Below, one piece after another: positions 51,498 to 60,567 of a stretch of 64,000 nucleotides of DNA (positions are counted from its first letter, which is position 1; every line of letters starts with the position of its first letter). The stretch covers positions 128,001-192,000 of the forward strand of contig CAVUVW010000019.1 of assembly GCA_963745035.1 (NCBI GenBank), written 5' to 3'. This DNA is from an uncultured delta proteobacterium (lineage in GTDB: Bacteria; Desulfobacterota; Binatia; UBA9968). A model generated the notes under the pieces. The model worked only from the letters and a program-made list of their open reading frames with translations, had not been told where the DNA came from and did not search any database. The position numbers and the translations under genes are program-made.

Positions 51498-51581
51498 ACG
51501 TTTTGAACGGAGGCGTCCGCGCCGGTTGAACGGAGCGATGCCTGAGCGCAGCGAAGGAAAGCGGTTGAACGTTTTGAACGG
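51498..51581. repeat. TTGAAC repeat element (reverse half of the GTTCAA family)
   Basis: acgttttgaacgg ... ggttgaacgg ... ggttgaacgttttgaacgg. Confidence 0.65.
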
Positions 51582-51620
51582 ATGTTTAATAAAGACCGTA
51601 TCCAGGACGGAGGGCACGCC

Positions 51621-53538
51621 ATGAACGATACCTATGACGCCGTCTATGCGCGCTGGCTGAATAATCCGCAAAATTTTTGGGCCGAGGCCGCTGAAGCGGT
51701 ACATTGGGAAAAAAAATGGGACAGGGTCCTCGACGACTCGCGGCCGCCGTTCTATCGCTGGTTCCCTGGCGGTTTGGTCAATACTTGCTACAACGCCCTC
51801 GATCGCCACGTCGAAAGCGGCCGGGCCGAATCAGCCGGCGCTCATTTACGATAGCCCCGTGACTGGAATCGTCGAGACGTTCACCTATCGCGAGTTGCTC
51901 GATCGAGTGGCGCGATTTGCCGGGGTGCTCGCCGGACAAGGAGTTCAGAAAGGCGATCGGATCATCATTTACATGCCGATGGTGCCGGAGACGGTCATTG
52001 CGATGCTGGCCTGTGCTCGCGTCGGCGCGATTCACTCGGTGGTCTTCGGCGGCTTTGCCGCCCATGAGCTCGCCAACCGCATCAGTGATGCCCAACCGAA
52101 GGTAATCGTTTCGGCTTCCTGCGGCATCGAATTCGGCCGCGTCATTCCCTACAAGCCTCTGCTCGACAAAGCGATCGAGCTCGCTTCGGTGAAGCCCGAA
52201 CGGTGCATTATCGTCCAGCGCCCGCAGGAAAAAGCGTCCATGATCGCCGGACGCGATCTCGATTGGTCCGAGAAGATGGCGGTTGCGAAGCCAATCGACT
52301 GTGTTCCCGTGGCGGCAACGGATCCCCTCTACATTCTCTACACCTCGGGCACCACCGGCATGCCGAAAGGGATCGTGCGCGACAATGGCGGACATCTGGT
52401 GGCGCTCAAATGGAGCATGGAACATATCTATGGAATGGCGCCGGGTGAAGTCTATTGGACAGCGTCGGACGTGGGATGGGTGGTCGGCCACTCTTACATA
52501 GTTTATGCGCCTCTGTTCAACGGCAATACCACCGTGCTTTATGAGGGCAAACCGGTTGGCACTCCCGACGCGGGCGCGTTCTGGCGCGTCGTCTCGCAAC
52601 ACGGAGTGAAGGTCTTATTTACTGCGCCGACGGCATTTCGCGCGATCAAGCGCGAAGACCCGAACGGCGAATTTATGCGCAAATACAATCTGAGCGGCTT
52701 CCGTACGCTCTTTCTCGCCGGCGAGCGCTGCGATCCGGCCACGCTCTTGTGGGCCGAAAAGCAGCTCGGTGTGCCGGTCATCGATCACTGGTGGCAGACC
52801 GAAACGGGCTGGCCGATCGGCGCCAATTGCGTCGGGTTGGGAATGCTTCCGGTTAAACCGGGTTCGTGCACAAAGTCGGTGCCGGGTTACGACGTCCGCG
52901 TGCTCGGAGATGATGGCAAAGAACTACCATCCGGTCAGATCGGCAATATTGTAATCCAGCTTCCACTGCCGCCCGGTTGTCTGCCGACGCTCTGGAACAA
53001 CGATGAAGGCTACCGGAAGTCGTATCTCGCCGGCTTTTCCGGCTACTACCTCACCGCCGATGCTGGTTACAAGGACGAAGATGGATACCTTTGGGTAATG
53101 ACGCGCACGGACGACATCATCAACGTTGCCGGGCATCGCCTGTCTACGGGAGCGCTGGAAGAGGTGCTGGCTGCTCATCCCGACGTGGCCGAATGCGCGG
53201 TGTTGGGAGTCGCAGACGAGATCAAGGGAGAAATTCCGTTGGGCCTGGTCGTCCTCAAGGCCGGTGTTAGGCGTTCCTCTGGCGAGATCGTCACCGAGTT
53301 GGTTCACATGGTGCGCGAAAGGATCGGTCCGGTGGCTTCTTTTAGGGTCGCGACCGTCGTCAAACGGCTGCCCAAGACGCGCTCGGGCAAGATCCTGCGC
53401 GGCACCGTCAAGAAGATTGCAGACGGTGTCGAATACCAAGTCCCGCCGACCATCGACGATCCGGTAATCCTCGACGAAATCACCGCGGATTTGGCCGAGT
53501 TGGGTTATCCGGCACGTTCGGCAAACAGCTCGGCCTGA
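51621..53538 (+). CDS. prpE: propionyl-CoA synthetase / acetate-CoA ligase family (one +1 frameshift near 51829)
   Basis: NTCYNALDRH, YTSGTTGMPKGIVRDNGG, DHWWQTETG, RTDDIINVAGHRLS, PKTRSGKILR. Confidence 0.85.
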
Positions 53539-53648
53539 CGGCTTCGCCCGCTTGAAGATGTGGCAAACGTGGTGCGTCGCGTGGACCAAGCCAGGCACTG
53601 GTCCGCGGGCGAGCGCAAAGCATTCCGGGGTTGATTGCACGGTGCTCG

Positions 53649-54521
53649 ATGATCGACGCTAAGATGATGCTCAATGACGACCGAGGAATTCCGCGGCTTG
53701 GCCTGGGGGTCTGGCAGATTCCGAATGGCCGGAAATGCGAAGCGGCGGTGCGGGCGGCTCTGGAGACAGGTTATCGGCATATTGATACCGCCTCGTTGTA
53801 CGGCAACGAGGAAAGCGTGGGAGCCGCGATCAGGGCGAGCGGTATTCCGCGCAAAGATATTTTTGTAACCACCAAGTTGTGGAATAGCGAGCATGCCAAC
53901 CCCGAGCGCGCGCTTGCAGAGAGCTTGCGCAGGCTCAAATTTGACTATGTCGATCTTTATTTGATCCATTATCCGGTGCGGGAACGACGGCAGAGCTGGC
54001 GCGTTCTCGAAAAATTGCAACAGCAAGGCAAGACGCTCTCCATCGGGGTCAGCAACTTCACCGTACGGCATTTGACAGAGCTGCTTGCCGGAACGCAGAT
54101 CGTGCCCGCGGTCAATCAAGTCGAGTTTCATCCCTACTTGTATCAGCGGGAGCTGTTGGATTTCTGCGCCGCGCGCCGAATCGCCGTCGAGGCGTATTGC
54201 CCGCTGACGCAAGGACGGCGCCTGAAAGATCCGAAGCTCACCGCCGTGGCCGCCAAATATCCGACCGCTTCCGCCGGCTCGTCGAAGCTGCCGTTGATTT
54301 CGCGCATTGCCGGCCAACAGGCAACGAAGTCGGCGGCCCAAATTTTAATCCGTTGGGCGCTCCAGCATGATCTGGTCGTGATTCCCAAATCTGCCAACCC
54401 TTCCCGTATCCGCGAAAACGCCGACGTGTTCGACTTTGAAATCACCGATGAGGACATGCGAACACTGGACGGCTTCCACGAAAGTCTGCGCACCAGTTGG
54501 GATCCGACGAACGCGCCGTAA
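53649..54521 (+). CDS. aldo/keto reductase (2,5-diketo-D-gluconate reductase-like)
   Basis: GYRHIDTASLY, VTTKLW, DLYLIH, IGVSNF, NQVEFHP, IPKS. Confidence 0.92.
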   Translation: MIDAKMMLNDDRGIPRLGLGVWQIPNGRKCEAAVRAALETGYRHIDTASLYGNEESVGAAIRASGIPRKDIFVTTKLWNSEHANPERALAESLRRLKFDYVDLYLIHYPVRERRQSWRVLEKLQQQGKTLSIGVSNFTVRHLTELLAGTQIVPAVNQVEFHPYLYQRELLDFCAARRIAVEAYCPLTQGRRLKDPKLTAVAAKYPTASAGSSKLPLISRIAGQQATKSAAQILIRWALQHDLVVIPKSANPSRIRENADVFDFEITDEDMRTLDGFHESLRTSWDPTNAP

Positions 54522-54660
54522 ACCCGCGAATTGTTCCGGGCCAACTTCTTTGAAGGTATCAGCATGGTGGGCGCCGGACCGCCTGAGAAAGCGCGTTCGC
54601 GCGCATTTCGAAACCAAAGCCGCTATACTCGCAGCCAATCCGTCAGATCTCTCCAACCTC

Positions 54661-55623
54661 ATGTCGAAAATTTTTATCAGTTACCGCAGGGATGATAGCG
54701 CGGCGCACGCCGGGCGGTTGTACGACCGGCTTTCCGCTCATTTCGGCGCCGATCAGGTCTTCATGGATACGGATGATATTCCGCCGGGCGCCGATTTCGC
54801 AGCGCACATCGAGGCTCGCGTCGGTTCATGCGACGCAATGATTGTTGTCATCGGGAAAGAATGGCTGACGGCGCGCAATGCCGCCGGGCAGCGGCGCTTG
54901 AGCGATCCCAACGACTTTGTGGCGTTGGAAGTGTCCTCGATTCTAAAGCGTAAAGCGCTCGTTATTCCCGTTCTGGTCGGCGGCGCACAGATGCCGAGGG
55001 CCGACGAACTGCCCAGCAATCTAAAAGGACTGGCCAGACGCAATGCCTTGACCATCAGCGATCAGGAATTTACACGAGCCGCTGACGACCTAATCGCGGC
55101 GCTCGAGAAGTCAACGAAGCTCGGAAATTCGACAACGAAGCTTGCCAGCGAAACTGCCAGAGCCGAGCTGCGCCAGAAGCTTCTACGCCGGATGATTTGG
55201 AAGGTGCCGATCATATTGCTGCTGGTCTCCTTTGCCGTCTGGTGGGAATGGCGCAAGCAGCCGGCGAACGACAGCAGTTTTCAAGCATCCTCCGCCGCAT
55301 TCGCCGGCTCCTGGACGGGCGAGGTGACGTACAGCTGGAGCGCAAAATACAACGAAACGTTTTTTTTCCAACCCGAAGGCGGCAAGCTCTTCGGCACCGT
55401 CAGTTTTCTCGGAGGGAAGCGTGGCATCGAGGAAGGCAAGATCGCAGGAGAGATCATTTCGTTCTACGTGGGTTACGAAGAAGTGTCCGGTGGCGAGAGC
55501 CGGCAACGCAAGAACTACTATTGGGGAAAATTGAACGGCGATGAGATCAGCATGCGCATGCAGGACGATCGTGGCAGTCCGGCGGTGGAGTGGGTTCTGA
55601 AGAAGGATAATTCGCCCAGGTAA
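54661..55623 (+). CDS. TIR-domain protein with one TM helix and a C-terminal beta-rich domain
   Basis: KIFISYRRDDS, VFMD..DI.PG.DF, VVIGKEW, DFVALEV, VIPVLV; TM VPIILLLVSFAVWW; C-domain FAGSWTG... Confidence 0.88.
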   Translation: MSKIFISYRRDDSAAHAGRLYDRLSAHFGADQVFMDTDDIPPGADFAAHIEARVGSCDAMIVVIGKEWLTARNAAGQRRLSDPNDFVALEVSSILKRKALVIPVLVGGAQMPRADELPSNLKGLARRNALTISDQEFTRAADDLIAALEKSTKLGNSTTKLASETARAELRQKLLRRMIWKVPIILLLVSFAVWWEWRKQPANDSSFQASSAAFAGSWTGEVTYSWSAKYNETFFFQPEGGKLFGTVSFLGGKRGIEEGKIAGEIISFYVGYEEVSGGESRQRKNYYWGKLNGDEISMRMQDDRGSPAVEWVLKKDNSPR

Positions 55624-55752
55624 TCCAACCTCTTGAGCGTGGATAAATTCGGACTCACCATGAAACGAATTCCCGATTAGCTCCGGCAACGGCGGCTCGG
55701 ACTCAGAATGTATCCCGCAAAGGCGCAAAGTCGCCAAGCGACACGGCCGGCG

Positions 55753-55813
55753 TGTCGTGCCGAACGGGATGTGAGGGATCTAAGAAAGATTTCTCTCTTC
55801 GTTCGAAATGACA
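55753..55813. repeat. REP-like palindrome, TGTC...CGAAATGACA family (copy 2)
   Basis: tgtcgtgccgaacgggatgtgagggatct ... agatttctctcttcgttcgaaatgaca. Confidence 0.65.
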
Positions 55814-55865
55814 ATCGTGGGTTCCTTTGCCGGCCCTTCGCCCGCGCCGGGCGCTGGTGCTTCGC

Positions 55866-55894
55866 TTGACGGTTTTCCGACCAACCGTTATCCT
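55866..55894 (+). promoter_or_regulatory. sigma70 promoter with an operator-like inverted repeat in the spacer
   Basis: TTGACG-17nt-TATCCT; ACGGTT-N8-AACCGT dyad (55869-55888); ATG 13 nt after the -10 box, no SD. Confidence 0.55.
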
Positions 55895-55907
55895 CGCAAG
55901 CAACCTC

Positions 55908-57020
55908 ATGGATCAAGAAATTATTTCACGACTCAAAAAGCGCATCGGCGGCGCCGGGCTCGATGCAATTATCGCCGTCTCGCCGGAAAATGTCAGCTAT
56001 GTCTCGGGCTTTGTCGTGCCGTCGCAGTCGCTCATGCGCTGGCGCCATGCGGCGGTCATCGTTACCGTCGATGGACGGGTGGCGATGGTCGCTATCGACA
56101 TGGAAGCGACCACGGTCAGGGCGCACGCGGGCATCGACGATCTGAGGATTTATCGCGAGTTTAGCGACGACCCGATGGAAAAGCTGGCCGAGTCGCTGCG
56201 GGACTTGAAGCTCGATCGCGGCAAGGTGGGCATCGAAATGGAGTTTTTGCCGGCGAAGGATTTTGCCGCGTTGCAAAAGCACGCGCCGGCGATTCAGTGG
56301 GTCGGCGCCGACGCGATTTTCAACAAGGCGCGGCAGATCAAAACGCCGAACGAATTGGCGCTGCTGCGCTCGCTGAGCAAGCTTACCGACAAGGCGCTGG
56401 GAGACGCTCTCAGGTCGGCAAGAGTGGGTGTGAGCGAGATGGAGCTTGCCGGAACGTTGCTGACCTCGCTGTTCGGCGGCGGCGCCGAGAGCTACAAGCT
56501 CATGATCATCGCCACGGGAGAGCGCAGCCAGTTTCCCAATGTCGGTCCGACGGAGCGCAAGCTCAAACACGGCGACATCATGCGGATGGAGATTTTCGGT
56601 CAGAAGAGCGGCTATCTCACCGGGGTGTGCCGCACGGCGGTGGTCGGCGACGCGACGCCGGAGCAGTACAAGATCTGGTCCAATCTGATCGAGTGCAAAT
56701 ATCTGGTCATGGACCTGATCAAGCCCGGCGCGAGCTGTCCGGAGATCTACCGAAGATTCCTGGCGAAATTCAGCGCGCTCGGCTTCGAGCCGATCAGCTT
56801 CGTCGCCCACGGCATCGGACTTCATCTGCACGAAGAGCCGTACATGGGCCGCTACGGCAACGAGATCGTCGAAGCGGGCATGGTCGGCGCCTTCGAGCCG
56901 CTGGTCTACATTCCTGGGCGGTTCGGCATGCAGAACAAGGACATGTTCTGCGTGACCGAAAAGGGCTGCGAGCTGCTTTCCGACGTCACGCCGACGGACA
57001 CGCTTTTGCGAGTAGGTTGA
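55908..57020 (+). CDS. M24 (Xaa-Pro peptidase/creatinase fold) hydrolase with altered metal site
   Basis: SPENVSYVSG, RQIKTPNE, AHGIGLHLHEEP, AFEP. Confidence 0.85.
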   Translation: MDQEIISRLKKRIGGAGLDAIIAVSPENVSYVSGFVVPSQSLMRWRHAAVIVTVDGRVAMVAIDMEATTVRAHAGIDDLRIYREFSDDPMEKLAESLRDLKLDRGKVGIEMEFLPAKDFAALQKHAPAIQWVGADAIFNKARQIKTPNELALLRSLSKLTDKALGDALRSARVGVSEMELAGTLLTSLFGGGAESYKLMIIATGERSQFPNVGPTERKLKHGDIMRMEIFGQKSGYLTGVCRTAVVGDATPEQYKIWSNLIECKYLVMDLIKPGASCPEIYRRFLAKFSALGFEPISFVAHGIGLHLHEEPYMGRYGNEIVEAGMVGAFEPLVYIPGRFGMQNKDMFCVTEKGCELLSDVTPTDTLLRVG

Positions 57021-57025
57021 GCTCG

Positions 57026-58180
57026 ATGAAAATCACCAGGATCGAAACCATTCCGATTCGCCTGCCGACGCGGCGGCTGCACCAGTGGGCGAGCCTGACC
57101 ACACCGATCGGCGTTTACGTCATTATCAAGCTTCACACCGACGAAGGCTTGATCGGTCTCGGCGAAGCGCCGGTGTTGAAAGATTGGGGCGGCGACCACG
57201 GCAAATATTTCGGCGAAACGCCGCAGACGACGATGCACGTCATCAACGACATTCTCGCGCCGGCGTTGTCCGGCCAGGAGCCGGGCCGCTTCGAGTCGCT
57301 TCACGCGCTCATGGACAGGGCCGTGAAAGGCTACCCGTATTGCAAAGCGGCGATCGACGCGGCGCTTTACGACGTCGTCGGCAAAGCACTGAAGATTCCG
57401 GCCTACCAACTGCTCGGCGGTTTGTTCCGCGACCGTGTGCCGATCGCTCATAGCTTGGGTCTCATGGAAATCGACAAGGCGGTCGAGGAGGCGGCGCAGG
57501 CGAAGGCCGAGGGCGTGAAGACGATCAAGCTCAAGTGCGGCGTCGATCCCAAGCGCGACGTCGAGTTGGTGAAGCAGATCCGCAAAGCGATCGGGCCGGA
57601 TCTGAATATCTGCACGGACGCCAACCAGGGTTATCCAACGGCCAAGGCCGCGGTGAAAATCACCAAGGCGATGGAAGAGTACAATCTGCTCTACATGGAG
57701 CAACCGGTGGAAGGGCTCGATGCGATGGCCGAAGTGGCGCGGCGCGTCGATACGCCGATCATGGCCGACGAGAGCGCCTGGACGCCCCAGGACGTGATCG
57801 AGATCGCGCAGAAGAAAGCCGCCGACATGATTTCCATCTATACGACTAAGCCCGGCGGCATGTTCAAAGCGAAAAAAGTCGCTGCGGTGGCCGAGGCTGC
57901 CGGGCTGCGGTGCAACGTCAACGGCTCGGTGGAGACGGGCGTGGGCAACGCCGCCAACGTGCATCTGGCCGCATGCACCGGCGTTGTGACGTACGGCTGC
58001 GTCGTGCCGGTCTCGACGCCGAAAGGAAAAGGCAAGGGCGGCATCGCCGGCGTTTATTACCAGGATGACATCATCCGGGAGCCATTCGAATACTCCGACG
58101 GCGACGTGATCGTTTCTGCCAAACCGGGCCTCGGTATCGAGCTCGACGAGGAGAAGCTGAAGCAGTATCGAATCGGCTAG
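57026..58180 (+). CDS. enolase superfamily, muconate-lactonizing-enzyme subgroup
   Basis: GLGEA, KAAIDAALYD, IKLK, DANQG, EQP, ADES, KPGLGIELDE; start MKITRIE. Confidence 0.9.
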   Translation: MKITRIETIPIRLPTRRLHQWASLTTPIGVYVIIKLHTDEGLIGLGEAPVLKDWGGDHGKYFGETPQTTMHVINDILAPALSGQEPGRFESLHALMDRAVKGYPYCKAAIDAALYDVVGKALKIPAYQLLGGLFRDRVPIAHSLGLMEIDKAVEEAAQAKAEGVKTIKLKCGVDPKRDVELVKQIRKAIGPDLNICTDANQGYPTAKAAVKITKAMEEYNLLYMEQPVEGLDAMAEVARRVDTPIMADESAWTPQDVIEIAQKKAADMISIYTTKPGGMFKAKKVAAVAEAAGLRCNVNGSVETGVGNAANVHLAACTGVVTYGCVVPVSTPKGKGKGGIAGVYYQDDIIREPFEYSDGDVIVSAKPGLGIELDEEKLKQYRIG

Positions 58181-58279
58181 CAACCACAAAAGCTGCGTCC
58201 TACACCTTCATCATCCCTCGCGACAGCGGGAGAAAAAAGAGGAGGGAGAAATTCAGCCGCAAAGAGCGCGTTCAGTTCA

Positions 58280-59407
58280 ATGTCAATAAAAAAAATCGCA
58301 ATTTTGGGCGCCGGCAACGGCGGATGCGCCGCCGCCGCCGATCTGACCTTGCGCGGCTTTCAAGCGCGCTTGTTCTCGCGCTCGGAGAGCACCATCGCCG
58401 CTCTCGCCAAGCGCGGCGAGATCGAGCTGATCGAGAACGGCGAGCAGAAATTTGCCGCGCCGTTTTTCATGAGCCCGCACCTGCCACCGGTGGTGCAGGG
58501 CGTCGATCTGATCGTGATCGCGACGCCGGCGGTGGGCCACGAGTATCTCGCGGAAAATCTGGCAAAACATCTCATCGACGGGCAGCGAATCCTTCTCAAC
58601 CCGGGCCACACCGGCGGCTCGCTTCATTTTGCCCATCTCTTGCGCGCACTGGGCTGCAAGGCGGAGTTGCAGCTCTGCGAGACGGTCACCCTCACCTACA
58701 TTTGCCGGATGCCGGAGCCGGGAAAAGTGGAAATATACCGGCGCACGACCAATCTTCGCTGCGCCGCATTTCCGGGGAAGCACACTTCCAAGCTCGTCGA
58801 GGAGATTCAGCAGGTTTTTCCCAATGTGGTAGCGGCGGCCAACGTTCTCGAAACTGGGTTTTCGAACATCAACGCGATCATGCATCCCGCCGGCATGCTC
58901 GGCAATGCCGGATGGATCGAGAAAAGTGGCGGCGATTTCCTCTGGTACACCGAAGGCGTGACGCCCGCGATCGGCCGATGGATCGATCAAGTAGATGAAG
59001 AGCGTTTGGCGATCGTCCGATCGCTCGGGCTGGAGCCGCTGCCCTTCGTCAATATTTTTCACCGGGCCGGGCTCACCTCCGACGCCGGGCGCGACAGCGG
59101 GTCGGCGTATCGCGCGATCCAGGAAAGCGCGGCTAATAGCACGATCAAGTCGCCGCCGTCGCTCGATCATCGTTACATCCGCGAGGACATCGGCTACGGC
59201 TTGGTGCCGATGGCGGAGATCGGCAGATTGGCCGGCGTCAAGACTCCGATGATGGATGCGCTGATTACTTTGGCGTCTGTGGCGCTGGGGATAGATTTTC
59301 GCGCCGAAGGGTTGACCCTGGAGAAGATGGGACTGGCGGGGACAACGCGAGAACAGACACTAAGGATTCTGGAAAACGGATTCGATGCTTCGACAGGCTC
59401 AGCATGA
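58280..59407 (+). CDS. NAD(P)-dependent opine (octopine/nopaline) dehydrogenase family
   Basis: ILGAGNGG Rossmann motif, LNPGHTGG, NINAIMHP and RYIREDIGYGLVP (His/Asp dyad motifs). Confidence 0.9.
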   Translation: MSIKKIAILGAGNGGCAAAADLTLRGFQARLFSRSESTIAALAKRGEIELIENGEQKFAAPFFMSPHLPPVVQGVDLIVIATPAVGHEYLAENLAKHLIDGQRILLNPGHTGGSLHFAHLLRALGCKAELQLCETVTLTYICRMPEPGKVEIYRRTTNLRCAAFPGKHTSKLVEEIQQVFPNVVAAANVLETGFSNINAIMHPAGMLGNAGWIEKSGGDFLWYTEGVTPAIGRWIDQVDEERLAIVRSLGLEPLPFVNIFHRAGLTSDAGRDSGSAYRAIQESAANSTIKSPPSLDHRYIREDIGYGLVPMAEIGRLAGVKTPMMDALITLASVALGIDFRAEGLTLEKMGLAGTTREQTLRILENGFDASTGSA

Positions 59408-59464
59408 GCGGATTCGATAACAATTCTGCATTGTGACTTCCGTGCACCCTGAGCGCGTCGAAGG
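59387..59464. repeat. REP-like palindrome, CTTCGACA.GCTCAG...CTGAGC..GTCGAAG family
   Basis: gcttcgacaggctcagcatgagcgg ... ccgtgcaccctgagcgcgtcgaagg; half copy at 29476. Confidence 0.7.
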
Positions 59465-59500
59465 GTGATCCGAAAATTGCTTCGGTAGAGAGGGTAACCC

Positions 59501-60484
59501 ATGCGCGTTGGATTATGTTTCGACGGTTTTTATTCGATCCAGGAGATGATCGAGCTGGCCCAACTCGCCGACGAAGTCGGCATGCACTCGGTGTGGATGT
59601 CGGATCATCTTTGTTTTCGGGATTCGTTGACGACGGCGATGGCGCTTCTGGCGTCGACCAGGAGGATCAACATTGCGGCGGCGCCGATGAGCCCTTACTC
59701 GCGCAATCCGATCATCACCGCCATGTCGATTGCGACCATGGATGAGTTCGCTCCGGGGCGGGTGATCGCGAGCCCGGGAACGGGCAACGCCGCGGCGTTA
59801 AAGGAAGCCGGCATGGAATCGCCGCACCCGCTCCAAACCATGCGCGAATACGTCGATATACTGCGCCGTTATCTAAACGGTGAGGCGGTGAAATTTCAGG
59901 GTAAGATGTTTCAAATCAACGGTGCCAAGATGGGCTTTGCGCCGTCGAAGCCGATCCCCATGTACATCACTGCGGTGCGGCCGCTAATGCTGCGCCTCGG
60001 CGGGGAAATCGGCGACGGCGTGCTGCTCTCGGGCGGCTGCTCGCCTGGCTACATCGCGCGCTGCGTGGGCGAGATCCAAGCGGGCGCCGAAAAGGCGGGC
60101 AAAAATCTCGAGCAATGCGACGTGGCGGGGTTCGTTACCGCCACCGTTTCGCAAAGCGCGAAAGAAGCCGTCGAAGCGAACAAACTATTTCTCGCCTACA
60201 TTTTTCGCAATGTGCATCACGCCGAAAATATCCGGCTGGGCGGCGGCGCGGTGGACCAGGAAGGGCTTGCCGCCGCGGTGGCGAAGCGCGATTGGGACGC
60301 GGCCAAGAAATTCATCAGCGACGAGGTAGTGCACGCCCACTCCATCGCCGGCACGCCGGCGGATTGCCGAAAACAGCTCGATGCCTTCGTCCGCGCCGGC
60401 CTCAATCTGCCCATCCTCCTGCCGACGGGCACGCAGGAAGCCCGAAAGGGAGTCGTCGCAATGGCGCGCGGCTTGGTAAGTTGA
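59501..60484 (+). CDS. LLM-class flavin/F420-dependent oxidoreductase (Mer-like)
   Basis: SVWMSDH, SPYSRNP, PMYITA, GEIGDGVLL, AGTPADC. Confidence 0.85.
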   Translation: MRVGLCFDGFYSIQEMIELAQLADEVGMHSVWMSDHLCFRDSLTTAMALLASTRRINIAAAPMSPYSRNPIITAMSIATMDEFAPGRVIASPGTGNAAALKEAGMESPHPLQTMREYVDILRRYLNGEAVKFQGKMFQINGAKMGFAPSKPIPMYITAVRPLMLRLGGEIGDGVLLSGGCSPGYIARCVGEIQAGAEKAGKNLEQCDVAGFVTATVSQSAKEAVEANKLFLAYIFRNVHHAENIRLGGGAVDQEGLAAAVAKRDWDAAKKFISDEVVHAHSIAGTPADCRKQLDAFVRAGLNLPILLPTGTQEARKGVVAMARGLVS

Positions 60485-60567
60485 TTCAACGCGCCTTTTT
60501 GATACTTATATCGCGCTTTGCTGGATGTTTGTGCTTTTCGTCGTCTAAGACGTGAGGAGGTGTGTGT

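Noticed and set aside
33000-51835. Programmed ribosomal frameshifting or phase variation
   Set aside because: No shared slippery heptamer or long SSR tract; the breaks fall at arbitrary positions in unrelated genes
54436-54660. N-terminal extension of the TIR protein
   Set aside because: It overlaps the AKR gene and the spacer; the TIR motif begins right at MSKIFISY (54661)
54661-55623. Calling the TIR gene Thoeris/CBASS/Pycsar
   Set aside because: No ThsA, cyclase, STING or cNMP-binding partner is adjacent; the neighbours are metabolic genes
56297-57025. 627 aa ORF suggesting a long N-terminal extension on the enolase
   Set aside because: The extension is an Arg-rich shadow frame overlapping the M24 gene; the real start is ATG 57026
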